DNA of 64,000 bases, taken from the NCBI GenBank assembly GCA_963701855.1, contig CAVPBK010000004.1, positions 96,001 through 160,000 of the forward strand, in the 5' to 3' direction. This DNA is from Nitrospirota bacterium. GTDB lineage: Bacteria; Nitrospirota; Nitrospiria; Nitrospirales; Nitrospiraceae. The number at the start of each line of letters is the position of its first letter. The stretch's first letter is position 1. Made by a program: the position numbers and the translations under genes. The notes beneath the pieces are model-generated. The model searched no databases. It saw only the letters and a list, made by a program, of their open reading frames with translations, and was not told the origin of the DNA. Shown piece after piece: positions 46,542 through 56,730 of the stretch.

Positions 46542-48317
46542 CTACGAATTCCGGTAGCCGTTCGTGATCGGCATTCGTCGATCCTTCCCCAAGGCCCTGT
46601 GAGTGATCTTGATGCCGATCGGCGCCTGCCGGCGCTTGTACTCGCTGCCATCCACCATCGTCATGACCCGCGCCACCGTGGCGCGGTCGTACCCCGCTTC
46701 GACGATCTCTTCGAGAGACCGGTCTTCTTCCACATAGGCCTGGAGAATGGGATCGAGAATCTCGTAGGGCGGCAACGAGTCTTGATCCTTTTGATTGGGC
46801 CTCAACTCGGCAGTCGGCGGCCGATCGAGCGTCCGTTTGGGAATCACGAGGGTTGCGCCACGGAGGTTACGGAGCCGCGCCAGGTCATACACCATCGTCT
46901 TGGGCACGTCTTTGATTACGGCAAATCCGCCGGCCATATCACCATATAATGTGGCGTATCCCACGCTCATCTCGCTCTTGTTGCCGGTGGTGAGCACTAG
47001 ATGGCCGAATTTATTGGAGAAGGCCATGAGAAGATTGCCCCGGATGCGGGCCTGGAGGTTCTCTTCCGTCGTATCAGGCGCATGCCCCTCAAATGTCTCT
47101 GCAAGCGCCTGCCGATAGCGGTCGAACAGCGCCGTGATGGGAATCGTTCGGACGGAGATCCCGAGTCGTGTCCCCAATTCGGCAACATCGTCGTGACTGT
47201 CTTGCGACGTATAGGGCGACGGCATGAACAGACCCCACACGTTTTCGGCGCCGAGCGCATCGACGGCGAGCACAGCAGTCAGCGCCGAGTCCACTCCGCC
47301 GCTTAGGCCGATCACCACACGTGTAAATCCGTTTTTCCTCACGTAGTCGCGCACCCCCAGCGTGAGAGCCCGATAGACTTCCTCCAGCTGCTCCAAGACC
47401 GATGCCACATCGGGGACTGCGCGCACCCGCGTTTTTTGAACCGATGGAAGCGGCGCAGCGCAGACCTCCACCGCAGAGGCAACGCGCCGCGGCAAGAGCT
47501 TTTTCCGGCCGGTTCGTCTCGCCCGCGCAACCGCCTCCATATTGAGGTCGGCGACGATCAGATCTTCTTCAAAGGCTTTCCCCCGCGCAATCACCTCACC
47601 CTGGTGATTGAGAATCACACTGCTCCCATCGAAGACCAGTTCATCCTGACCGCCGACCGCGTTGGTATAGGTGAGCACCACCCCGTTTTCTCTCGCGCGG
47701 GTCGCCAACATCTGTTCGCGTACCAGGCTCTTGCCCAGATGAAACGGCGAGGCATTGATATTCACGATCACTTCGGCGCCTGCTGCCGCCTGCAAACCGG
47801 TCGGACCATCCGGCAACCAAACATCTTCGCAAATGTTGACGCCGACCACTGTGCCACGCAGACGAATAAGCGGCAGCCGCCGGCCTGGATGAAAATAGCG
47901 GCTCTCGTCGAACACACCGTAGTTCGGCAGGTACCACTTGCAATAGGTCGTGATGAGTTTTTGATCTGCGATGACCGCCGCCGCGTTGTAGAGTTCGTGT
48001 GCGCCGGCCTGCACCACCGATGAGCGAGCCGGTTTCGGATCTATTCCGTCGCTCTGGCTGACGTAGCCCACCACCGCGGCAAAGCCCCGACAGTGGCGGA
48101 CGACTTCCTGGAGCGCGCGGCGGTTGTCCGCGACAAAACGTGGCTTTAACAAGAGATCTTCAGGCGGATAGCCGGTGATCGCCAGCTCCGGGAATGCGAC
48201 CAAGTCGGCCTTCGCCTTCTTCGCCTCTCGCAGCCAAGCCGAGATCCGACGGACGTTCCCATCCAGATCCCCGACCGTCGGATTCATCTGCGCCATGGCG
48301 ATACGAAAAGTACGCAT
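46542..48317 (-). CDS. nadE: Glutamine-dependent NAD+ synthetase
   Basis: Nitrilase domain (FPELAITGYPPEDL, LPNYGVFDE.RYF, ICEDVW) plus SGGVDS, ENLQARIRG, TGNKSE, EYKRRQ. Confidence 0.97.
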   Translation of the reverse strand: MRTFRIAMAQMNPTVGDLDGNVRRISAWLREAKKAKADLVAFPELAITGYPPEDLLLKPRFVADNRRALQEVVRHCRGFAAVVGYVSQSDGIDPKPARSSVVQAGAHELYNAAAVIADQKLITTYCKWYLPNYGVFDESRYFHPGRRLPLIRLRGTVVGVNICEDVWLPDGPTGLQAAAGAEVIVNINASPFHLGKSLVREQMLATRARENGVVLTYTNAVGGQDELVFDGSSVILNHQGEVIARGKAFEEDLIVADLNMEAVARARRTGRKKLLPRRVASAVEVCAAPLPSVQKTRVRAVPDVASVLEQLEEVYRALTLGVRDYVRKNGFTRVVIGLSGGVDSALTAVLAVDALGAENVWGLFMPSPYTSQDSHDDVAELGTRLGISVRTIPITALFDRYRQALAETFEGHAPDTTEENLQARIRGNLLMAFSNKFGHLVLTTGNKSEMSVGYATLYGDMAGGFAVIKDVPKTMVYDLARLRNLRGATLVIPKRTLDRPPTAELRPNQKDQDSLPPYEILDPILQAYVEEDRSLEEIVEAGYDRATVARVMTMVDGSEYKRRQAPIGIKITHRALGKDRRMPITNGYRNS

Positions 48318-48424
48318 AGGACTTCACACCATCATGCAGGCGATCGAAGTTCCGCTGTGCACACAATAGGTTTTCTGCAGACTGTCAGATCCACAGCTTC
48401 AGAGGACTTCCTCATAGACCAAAC

Positions 48425-49690
48425 CTACCCACGCTGTTTTTCAGCCCGTTGGTCGAGCTCTCCGGCTAAGAGCACGGCTTCGGCTATCTCGCGCATTGAC
48501 TTCCTGAAATCCATACTTTGCCGCTGAATGAGTTTGAAGGCCTCTTCTTCAGTCAGCTTCTTCGAGCGCATCAGGTAGCCCTTGGCCCGTTCCATGAGCT
48601 TCCGAAGCGCCAGCGCTTCCTGCATCTCATGGGATTTCTCAATCAGAGTCGTATGCTCGATGGCAATGGCGGCCTGATTGGCGATGGCCTGGAGCAATTT
48701 GACCTCTTCGCTGGTGAACACGTGCGGAGCGGACGTATAGCTATTGATCACGCCCAACGCCTTATCCCGCACCATCATCGGTACCGAAAGCAATGAGCAC
48801 AGTCCTTCCTTCTTGGCCATATCCGGATACATATAGTCTCGCTCTAGGGAGACGTCGAGCACGATAATCGGCCGGCGGTCTTTCACGGCACGGCCACAGA
48901 TACTCTGCCCAACCTTGAGGTTCGGCTTGCGGCGATACTGTTCGCTGAGGCTTTGCGTCGCCGCAATCCGCAGTTCCCCGCTGGCCTCCTCCAAGAGCAT
49001 AATCGAGCAGATCTTGGAGTTCATCATTTGCGCGGTCATCGTCACCAGGAGTTCAAGCACGTCTTTGATCAACCGATTGGACGCCACTGTTTCTGAGACC
49101 TGCGACAACATTTCCACTTGCAAGGCTTTGCGTTGCATTTGATCGTAGAGCCGCGCATTCTCGATCGCTCCTCCGACTTGATTGGCGATCGTCGAGAGTA
49201 ATGCGATCTCATTGGGTTGATAGCGCTTTAGGCGCTTATGCTGGACGTTGATTACGCCGACCACTTCCTTTTTCGCCATGATCGGTACGGAGACAAAGGC
49301 TTGGTAGCGGTCTTCTGGAAGGTTGTGAAAGAACTTGAAACGTGGATCATCGCTCGCATTACTCGGAATCACGACGCGCATCCGTTCCTGAGCGACCCAC
49401 CCGGTGATGCCTTCTCCCAAACCGATTGTGATGCGGCCAATCAATTTCGGGTGAGGGTTTTTCGAAGCTCGTAGAATGAGTTCGTCCTGGCTATCCGACA
49501 AAAGATACAGGAGGCAGGCATCCGCTTTGGTGACTTCGACGACAACCTCGACGATATGCTTGAGAATGGCTTCGAGATCCAGTTGGTTGCTGATCGACGC
49601 AGAAATCCGATGGAGCACATCGACTTCGCGTGTTTTTTCGCGCAAGGCCTGTTGGAGATACGCAACAGATGGCGTGCGTTTGGTGGTCAT
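48425..49690 (-). CDS. GAF-GAF-ANTAR RNA-binding antiterminator
   Basis: Two GAF repeats (GEGITGWVA...VPI....VVGVINV; ICGRAV...VPM...LGVIN) and C-terminal ANTAR 'RKLMERAKGYLM....TEEEAFKLIQRQSM..RKSMREIAEAV'. Confidence 0.92.
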   Translation of the reverse strand: MTTKRTPSVAYLQQALREKTREVDVLHRISASISNQLDLEAILKHIVEVVVEVTKADACLLYLLSDSQDELILRASKNPHPKLIGRITIGLGEGITGWVAQERMRVVIPSNASDDPRFKFFHNLPEDRYQAFVSVPIMAKKEVVGVINVQHKRLKRYQPNEIALLSTIANQVGGAIENARLYDQMQRKALQVEMLSQVSETVASNRLIKDVLELLVTMTAQMMNSKICSIMLLEEASGELRIAATQSLSEQYRRKPNLKVGQSICGRAVKDRRPIIVLDVSLERDYMYPDMAKKEGLCSLLSVPMMVRDKALGVINSYTSAPHVFTSEEVKLLQAIANQAAIAIEHTTLIEKSHEMQEALALRKLMERAKGYLMRSKKLTEEEAFKLIQRQSMDFRKSMREIAEAVLLAGELDQRAEKQRG

Positions 49691-49717
49691 TGAGATTTAC
49701 CTTTGTGTAGGATCCCT

Positions 49718-50866
49718 TCAACGGACAGGATGCTTGCCTGACCGGCGGCCACTCAACGTTCGGTTCCCACGGACGTGTTTGCGCTTAAACCACGCAGCAC
49801 AAACCTGCTGCTCGATCGGCTGAATAACCACTTCCCCAATCCGCACTGGCCATACCCCGATCACCTGCCCCCCGATTACCTTCTTGTCATGTTGCATGGC
49901 GCCCCAGAGAGAGCTAAAGGATGCCTGTGAAACCTGTTCGGATAACCCGGCACGCTGCACCAAAATTTCGATCCGTTCGACAACATCTCTTCCACACAAG
50001 CCCATATGGCAAGCCAAATCCGCCTCCTGCACCAATCCAACCCCAACCGCTTCGCCATGAATCAACCCACGATAGCCTGAGAGTGACTCCAATGCATGTC
50101 CGATTGTGTGGCCGTAATTGAGAATGCGTCGGCGGTTCGACTCCCGCTCGTCCGAGGCAACCACATGCGCTTTGATTTCACAAGATCGTTTGATCGCGTG
50201 GATAACCGGCACTTCATCGAGTTTCAACAGCGCAGGAATCTCCCGCTCCAGAAAGGCGAAGAATTCTTCATCGGCGATTATGCCGTATTTAATCACTTCG
50301 GCAAGACCCGCAATCCACTCGCGACGTGGCAGGGTGCGTAGCGTGAGGGGATCGATCAATACCGCACGCGGCTGGTAAAACGCCCCGATAAGATTCTTTC
50401 CCAGCCGATGGTCTACGCCGGTCTTGCCCCCGACACTGGAATCTACTTGAGCCACAAGTGTGGTCGGCACTTGCACGAACGGAATTCCCCGTTGATAGAT
50501 TGCAGCCGCAAATCCGGTGACATCACCGATGACTCCGCCACCGAGAGCCAGCAACAGGGACTGACGTTCAAACTTGTGTCTGGCTAGCACATCGAGGATC
50601 CTGGCGATTGTGCCGAGCGTCTTTGTTCGCTCTCCCGGCGGCAGGATAATCGGAGTCGGATCATAGCCCGCCTTGCAAAGTGAGCGGAGAGTCCCGTGAA
50701 GATAACGGCTTGCCACATGCGTATCTGTGACCACCCCGATCTTCGGAGAAGCGGTAAGGGAACTAAGCCTATCACCCACTGTCGCTAGTACCCCAGGATA
50801 AAGGACGATGTCGTAGCTTCGCTCCCCCAAGTTCACCGGAACAATTTGTTCTGCCACACCAGCCAT
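49718..50866 (-). CDS. aroB: 3-dehydroquinate synthase
   Basis: ALGGGVIGD, PTTLVAQVDSSVGGKTG, LNYGHTIGHA, HGEAV. Confidence 0.97.
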   Translation of the reverse strand: MAGVAEQIVPVNLGERSYDIVLYPGVLATVGDRLSSLTASPKIGVVTDTHVASRYLHGTLRSLCKAGYDPTPIILPPGERTKTLGTIARILDVLARHKFERQSLLLALGGGVIGDVTGFAAAIYQRGIPFVQVPTTLVAQVDSSVGGKTGVDHRLGKNLIGAFYQPRAVLIDPLTLRTLPRREWIAGLAEVIKYGIIADEEFFAFLEREIPALLKLDEVPVIHAIKRSCEIKAHVVASDERESNRRRILNYGHTIGHALESLSGYRGLIHGEAVGVGLVQEADLACHMGLCGRDVVERIEILVQRAGLSEQVSQASFSSLWGAMQHDKKVIGGQVIGVWPVRIGEVVIQPIEQQVCAAWFKRKHVRGNRTLSGRRSGKHPVR

Positions 50867-51466
50867 GCTCAACGACGGTCTCTACTGACGAAACATACCA
50901 GCTGCCAATCCGATTCTGTTTGATTGCGAAGATCTAGATTCACGAACAACTTCGCTCACGGTGATAATGAGTTGCGATGGCTGACATCGCGCAGGATGGT
51001 ACCACAACGGCTCGGGAACTAGAAGGTTTTCAGGTAGGCCTCCGAGCCAAAAGATCGTATTTACAGCCTCGGAAGCACCTGGTTTAGATTTACTGAGGCT
51101 CCGCGCAAGCTGAGGGGAGTAGTATTACAACCTGATCATGTCAGAGATACGCAGCGGACTGGAGGGTATGCATTGGAGGGTCGCGACGACGCATCAACCG
51201 CGAAAACTCACCATACTTGAGTTCCCCGTCAATGAAGAGTTCAAACGTTCACTTCTAACAGGCTGCGACCAACTATATGGACACGCCAACCTTCACTGGT
51301 TCACATGAATGGCATAACATGAGAGCACCGCGCAGGATAGCCGAGCAAGAATGGATGGATATGCGACACGAGGCTGAATCCAATCTATCCATGTCACACC
51401 ATTCGCACCTGCCTCGAGATTCACGCGCCATGCGCTATGACCCTGGCGGACTTTGTCAGCATCCTG

Positions 51467-53413
51467 CTAGCTGGTCTTGACAATATTGGGCGTCAAGAAG
51501 ATGAGCAGCTCTTGTTTCGCTACAGCCTCGGTCTTCGACTTGAAAAGCCATCCCAAAACCGGCACGCGAGAGAGGTAGGGGATACCAGCTACGCTGTTGC
51601 TCTGCGTATCGATAAAGACCCCGCCGATCACCATGGTCTCGCCATCGCGAACATTGACCTGAGTAGTGGCTTCTTTGCGGTCGATGCTTGGACCAGCCGG
51701 ATTGCTTCGTGCACCGACTGAATTTTTCGTTGCGCGAACCTTCATCATAATCAGCTTACCGGTTTCCTTGGGGTCTCGCGAGGTAATCTGAGGAGTCACG
51801 TTCAGTTCCAAGTTCGCATCCACAAAGGTCGTCTGAGTTCCCTGGAGAGAGGTCGTCTGGAATGGGATCGACTCTCCCTGTGAAATCTTGGCCTCTCGCT
51901 TGTCCAAAGTTGTGACCTTCGGCGAGGCTATGACTTTAGTCAGACCAAGTAACTCACCTGCCGACAACCGTACATCCAACAGCGCTCCATCTGTTTTTCC
52001 AATCGTGAACCCGACACCAGGAGTCGACGTCAAGCCACCGACTGTGGCGGGAAGATTGACCAGAAAATCAGATGCTTGATGTCCAAATGGTCCGACAACG
52101 CCTGACCTGAAGTTCGCCACCCCAGTGCCTGCAAGCTGGTTCAGATTCTGAATACCCCACTGAACCCCTAGCGAACGTGTATAGGTTGTGTCAGCCTGCA
52201 CAATCCTCGCTTCGATTTGGACTTGAGGCACTTCGAGATCGAGCCCATCAATGAGTTGTTTTATCACCCCCATCTGGTTTTCCGTATCCCGGGCGATCAA
52301 GGCATTGGACCCCACGCTCATTTGCATCAACCCTCTCGGGCTCAAGTACTGCCGAAGCGATGTCATGAGTTCTTGCGCTTGCAGGTTTCTAATATAGAAC
52401 ACCCGCTCGACCAGTGGTTCTGCTCTCACCTTGGCATCTAACGCCTGCGCCGCTTCAGTCTGTTGTTTAGCAATGTTCGCCAACGAATCGATCCAAAGGA
52501 TATTACTCTGCCGAATCTTGCCTAACCCATTCATCTGCAAAATCATATCGAGCGCCTGATCCCAGGGCACACTCACGAGTTTCATCGTGACCTTGTTCTT
52601 GACCCCTTCACCGATAACCATGTTAAACCCACTCACTTCGGCAATGAGGCGCAGCACATTACTGATGTCAGCCTGCTGGAAATCGAGCGAGATACGCCGG
52701 CCAACATAACGCGTTTCCCCAACAATCAAATCTTCCGTTGGCAGGCTTTTCGTACCGCTATCCGCCTCGGAGGTCATCTGGACAGATTGCACATGAAATT
52801 TCGTTGAAGACCGATGAACCGCAGCCATTGCCCGCTGGGCCGCCCGGGAAGTGGCATCCGCCTGAACCGGAAGCATCACAGAGTTTTCTGACGTAATGTT
52901 TTTGACCGCCTCGCCACGATACGAGTCCGTATTGGCAACCATATCCGTACCGGCGCCTTCTCGAAGCGTCACAATAAGATTCGTGCCTTGTGGTTCAACC
53001 GAGTAGGTAGCTGAACCGGCAAGATCCAATACCAGCCGTACTCTATCAGCATGATAGCCCAGACGCACTCGCTTCAACATCTGATGATTTACCAATATGA
53101 CTGGCTTGCGTACGACTGAAGCCACGCCTGGAATGTCGATCATGAGGCGCCGCTCATCAAGACGCCTCACCTCGTGGGTGAGCCTCCCGTCCCCCGAGAT
53201 GACGACACGGATGTCGTCCGTGCCGCGCTGAACATCTATGCCGGTCAGGGTCTGCGCCAGACCTCTCTCGACGCTCGATGACGTGCCTGAATCGACAGCA
53301 GATACGTCAGTCGATGCCCCTATAGCCGGTATGGCCATCGAAACACTAAGCGCTCCCACCGCTGAGAGTACGCGAACAAATACTGCAGTTGTCTTAGTCA
53401 GCTTAGGTGTCAT
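51467..53413 (-). CDS. pilQ: Type IV pilus secretin PilQ
   Basis: AMIN-like domain, ISLDFQ.AD, VPWDQALD, QVQIEARIV, IPYLSRVPVLGWLF, ELLIFLTP. Confidence 0.95.
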   Translation of the reverse strand: MTPKLTKTTAVFVRVLSAVGALSVSMAIPAIGASTDVSAVDSGTSSSVERGLAQTLTGIDVQRGTDDIRVVISGDGRLTHEVRRLDERRLMIDIPGVASVVRKPVILVNHQMLKRVRLGYHADRVRLVLDLAGSATYSVEPQGTNLIVTLREGAGTDMVANTDSYRGEAVKNITSENSVMLPVQADATSRAAQRAMAAVHRSSTKFHVQSVQMTSEADSGTKSLPTEDLIVGETRYVGRRISLDFQQADISNVLRLIAEVSGFNMVIGEGVKNKVTMKLVSVPWDQALDMILQMNGLGKIRQSNILWIDSLANIAKQQTEAAQALDAKVRAEPLVERVFYIRNLQAQELMTSLRQYLSPRGLMQMSVGSNALIARDTENQMGVIKQLIDGLDLEVPQVQIEARIVQADTTYTRSLGVQWGIQNLNQLAGTGVANFRSGVVGPFGHQASDFLVNLPATVGGLTSTPGVGFTIGKTDGALLDVRLSAGELLGLTKVIASPKVTTLDKREAKISQGESIPFQTTSLQGTQTTFVDANLELNVTPQITSRDPKETGKLIMMKVRATKNSVGARSNPAGPSIDRKEATTQVNVRDGETMVIGGVFIDTQSNSVAGIPYLSRVPVLGWLFKSKTEAVAKQELLIFLTPNIVKTS

Positions 53414-54003
53414 TCTGCGCCTTCTTTCGGGTGAAGGAGCTTGACGTACTCTCGCTCCTGTTTACTCCCATACACATCTGTAAACCGTTCTTGCACCACA
53501 ATCCCTTTCTCCGTCACGGCACTCACCACACCATTATTGGGGCCGATACGCGTTCCCCGACGCACCGTATACCCATTTCCATCTGGGGTCTGAACCATGG
53601 CCGTATAGCCGTAGCCCCCCCATATCACAGCAATCAGGTTCATCTCAGTGAGCCCAACGCGCTGGAGCGGGGGTAACGTGGGATCAATCGGCCCGAGCCC
53701 CAACTGTTGTAACACTGGCACGAACGGATCGCGCCGCCCAGAAGGGTCATAGGTATGTGTGCTCACTGGCTCCACCATTAAATTGGGTACGACTGGCTGA
53801 ACATTCCCATCGCCAGCTGCCGGAGCCAGCGCTGGAGACGGTACGTGTCTCGGCACATCACTGAGAGAAGGTACTTTTAAGGAATCCTGCCGCATTGGGC
53901 TAATTTGCTGGATATGAGAACTTATACCTGTCTCAGCAAAGCCCAGGCCAGCTGTGACAAACAGACCGACACATCCAATCAGAATCATGCTTGTTATCTT
54001 CAT
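53410..54003 (-). CDS. pilP: Type IV pilus assembly protein PilP
   Basis: YDPSGRRDPF, AMVQTPDG.GY.V..G..IG.N.G; position in the operon. Confidence 0.9.
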   Translation of the reverse strand: MKITSMILIGCVGLFVTAGLGFAETGISSHIQQISPMRQDSLKVPSLSDVPRHVPSPALAPAAGDGNVQPVVPNLMVEPVSTHTYDPSGRRDPFVPVLQQLGLGPIDPTLPPLQRVGLTEMNLIAVIWGGYGYTAMVQTPDGNGYTVRRGTRIGPNNGVVSAVTEKGIVVQERFTDVYGSKQEREYVKLLHPKEGAE

Positions 54004-54072
54004 GGTCAACCGCCAGTTCTCACAGATGGCAATTCCCGCTCATGGCCTCGCACACATCTAAGACTCTGTTCC

Positions 54073-54699
54073 CTATTTCTTCTGAGGAATCGCCGGAGCT
54101 ACCGCAACCAGCTTAGGTTCCTCTGGTGCCGCATAGGCGATAAGTTCGAACACGGTCTGCGTAACAACCCGTCCCTTCTCAAACTTTGGAGCCCCCATCT
54201 TGAGGCCGGACACGGTCACAATCCGAGGCATCGCGTTGACTCGATCGAAAAATAAGGCTGCGGTATGGTAGCCACCGGAGACCTCTACGTTCACCGGCAT
54301 CCGCACAAAAAGTTTCGATGGATCTTCGCTCTTGGGACTCGGTTTCCACAGCTTAATGTCGAGCCCAAGGCGAATCCCCAAGTCTGACACCTGTTTAAGC
54401 AACATGATCGCCTCCTCTTCAGGCGGCAGCCGTTCTTTCTTTTTTGCAAGCTCAATCTCTAGTTGCTTACTCGCAGCAATGAGTTCATCAAGGTGCTTGA
54501 CTTTAATGGTCAACGTTTGAATCTGGCTGTCGAGGGCGCCAATCTCTCCCTGGAGCCCTGCAATCTCCGCAGACTTTGGTTCAGCTACATAGTAATAGAA
54601 GCCCACGATAATCCCGGCAAGAACCATTACAAGAAGCCCCACCTTCTGAACTAATGGGATTGATCGCAATAGGTCAAGATTAATAGCAGGCAGCTTCAT
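54073..54699 (-). CDS. pilO: Type IV pilus assembly protein PilO
   Basis: TM plus coiled coil, LP.EEE..LL, GGYH....FFD....PRIV. Confidence 0.92.
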   Translation of the reverse strand: MKLPAINLDLLRSIPLVQKVGLLVMVLAGIIVGFYYYVAEPKSAEIAGLQGEIGALDSQIQTLTIKVKHLDELIAASKQLEIELAKKKERLPPEEEAIMLLKQVSDLGIRLGLDIKLWKPSPKSEDPSKLFVRMPVNVEVSGGYHTAALFFDRVNAMPRIVTVSGLKMGAPKFEKGRVVTQTVFELIAYAAPEEPKLVAVAPAIPQKK

Positions 54700-54704
54700 G
54701 ATGC

Positions 54705-55256
54705 TTACCCTTTAAGACGGAAACCAAGTTTAAACTGATAGATATTGAGTTGGCTCTCCACCGCAGCTTTACTTTCTTGTAGATTGATGTTCGAGAAATA
54801 GTCGGTACGGCGTAGGTTGTTCACGAATTCCACTACGTCATCGTTAGTCGCCGCACGACCCTCAAGATCGATCTCTTTCCCGGTAACCGCTACTCTCACT
54901 AGCCACACCTTCAGCGGCTCCAGGCTCTGACTGACATGGTCGAGCACCTTGACAGGGCCGCCACGTGACTTCTCCAATTCGTCGATGATACGATTTTTGT
55001 CTTCCAGTACTTTCTTTCTGATTTCAAAATCAGAAACCTGCTTCACTTGTTCCTTCAGCTGCGCGACCTGCTTCTCCCTGTCGAGTTTTTCAACCTGCCG
55101 CGCGTTTATCTCGTCATCGAGTGAAGCCGAGTACCACCAGCATCCCGCCAGGGTAATGAACAAGATTCCCACACCCAACAGGAACTGTGCTCTGATATCA
55201 TACTGAGGCTTCGACTTATGCCCTTTAGGCCCCGGCAATAAATTAATGCGAATCAT
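54705..55256 (-). CDS. pilN: Type IV pilus assembly protein PilN
   Basis: MIRINLLP N-terminus, TM, coiled coil. Confidence 0.93.
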   Translation of the reverse strand: MIRINLLPGPKGHKSKPQYDIRAQFLLGVGILFITLAGCWWYSASLDDEINARQVEKLDREKQVAQLKEQVKQVSDFEIRKKVLEDKNRIIDELEKSRGGPVKVLDHVSQSLEPLKVWLVRVAVTGKEIDLEGRAATNDDVVEFVNNLRRTDYFSNINLQESKAAVESQLNIYQFKLGFRLKG

Positions 55257-56362
55257 CGATCCCCTACCGATCTAAGGGCTAATCCAACCCCCACAGCAGC
55301 CAGCGGAGCCAGTTCGGCTAACGCATTCTGATCGAAATTGGATCCTGACGTATCAATCTCACTGAATGGATTCGCCATCTCGACGGCAGCCTGCATTCGG
55401 TCTCTCAATTGCGTCTCCAGCCCCTTGATCTGAGCGCCCCCCCCGCACAAGAGAACCTGCTGAACGTCTGCATCCGACATGGTTGACTTGAAATAATCGA
55501 TGGTCCGCGCAATTTCCGACGCAACCTCGGCATTGACACTGTCGATGACCGTGGTCACCGCGGCCTGATTGCTCCCTGCGGAACGTGCCCCTTTTTTCGT
55601 TTCCTCCGCCTCTTCGTAAGACATGCCCACTTCTCGTTGAATGGCTTCCGTATAGCGATTCCCCCCGATAGGAATATCACGAGTGAACAGCGAGATGCCG
55701 TCCCGAATAATATTGATATTCATGACACTGGCGCCAATATTGACGAGTGCCGTCGTGTCCCCCTGCGAGACAGGGTAGTTGATCGCATGCATGTTTTCGA
55801 TCGCAAAGGCATCCACATCCATGACGATAGGAAGCAACCCCGCTCCCTTGACGAGTTCGGTCAGCTCATTAATCTTGTCTTTTTTGGCCGCAACCAGAAT
55901 GATCGACATCTCTCCCTGGGCATCGCCCGCGGCCTCAGAAGAGGGCAACACACTGAAGTCGATGTTCACCTCATTAATATCGAACGGGATATACTGCTCC
56001 GCAGCAAGCCTCACCTGCCCCTCCAACTCCTCATCAGGCATCGGCGGCAAGCTGATCTTTTTAATGATAACCGCATGGCCAGAAATCGACACGGCGACTT
56101 GCTTCACCTTGATATTCGTTTCCTCAAATAATTCCTTAATCGCCGACACCACCCGCCCCTCATCCATCACCGTACCATCGACGATAACTTCCGCCTCAAG
56201 TGGCTTAAAACCAAATTTCTGGAGAATGTACCGCCCTCGGCTTTCCTTCAACTGGACGAGCTTGATGCCACTTGACCCGATATCCAACCCGACGAGCTGC
56301 CGCTTCGGGGTGAACATTGAGAAGAGATCGGTTTCAGCGAGACTCTTGAATGAACTCAACAT
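55253..56362 (-). CDS. pilM: Type IV pilus assembly protein PilM
   Basis: VGLDIGSS.IK, EQYIPF, VNIGA, LCGGGA, AVGVGLALR. Confidence 0.95.
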   Translation of the reverse strand: MLSSFKSLAETDLFSMFTPKRQLVGLDIGSSGIKLVQLKESRGRYILQKFGFKPLEAEVIVDGTVMDEGRVVSAIKELFEETNIKVKQVAVSISGHAVIIKKISLPPMPDEELEGQVRLAAEQYIPFDINEVNIDFSVLPSSEAAGDAQGEMSIILVAAKKDKINELTELVKGAGLLPIVMDVDAFAIENMHAINYPVSQGDTTALVNIGASVMNINIIRDGISLFTRDIPIGGNRYTEAIQREVGMSYEEAEETKKGARSAGSNQAAVTTVIDSVNAEVASEIARTIDYFKSTMSDADVQQVLLCGGGAQIKGLETQLRDRMQAAVEMANPFSEIDTSGSNFDQNALAELAPLAAVGVGLALRSVGDR

Positions 56363-56621
56363 ACGTGCCTCTGACTGTACACGACTATCCGCGCAAGACA
56401 AATCTTTATGTAAATTTTGCACTGACTGTCGATCATGACCACACCCCCGCGATCTTCAACGTTCTCAAAAAAGAATATGCATCGAGATTATTGCGGCCAT
56501 TTACTTGCATCCTATCCTCCACTCCACATTTCTCGTATAAGGAGCCGTATGGAGATGAATCATGCCTGACACACGTCTGAACTATGCGTCTGTATTGGGG
56601 ATTGGGTTCATGCACATGCTA

Positions 56622-56649
56622 AGTATAGTTCAGATGCTCTACCTGTCAA
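56622..56649 (-). promoter_or_regulatory. Candidate sigma70 promoter for pilMNOPQ
   Basis: TTGACA-N16-TATACT. Confidence 0.5.
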
Positions 56650-56730
56650 GCAAATCACTTTTCACGCACACGCTTAATCACGGAAAGACGTGCGGTGATG
56701 GCAGGAGGAAGAGCGTACTGATTGCGTGGG

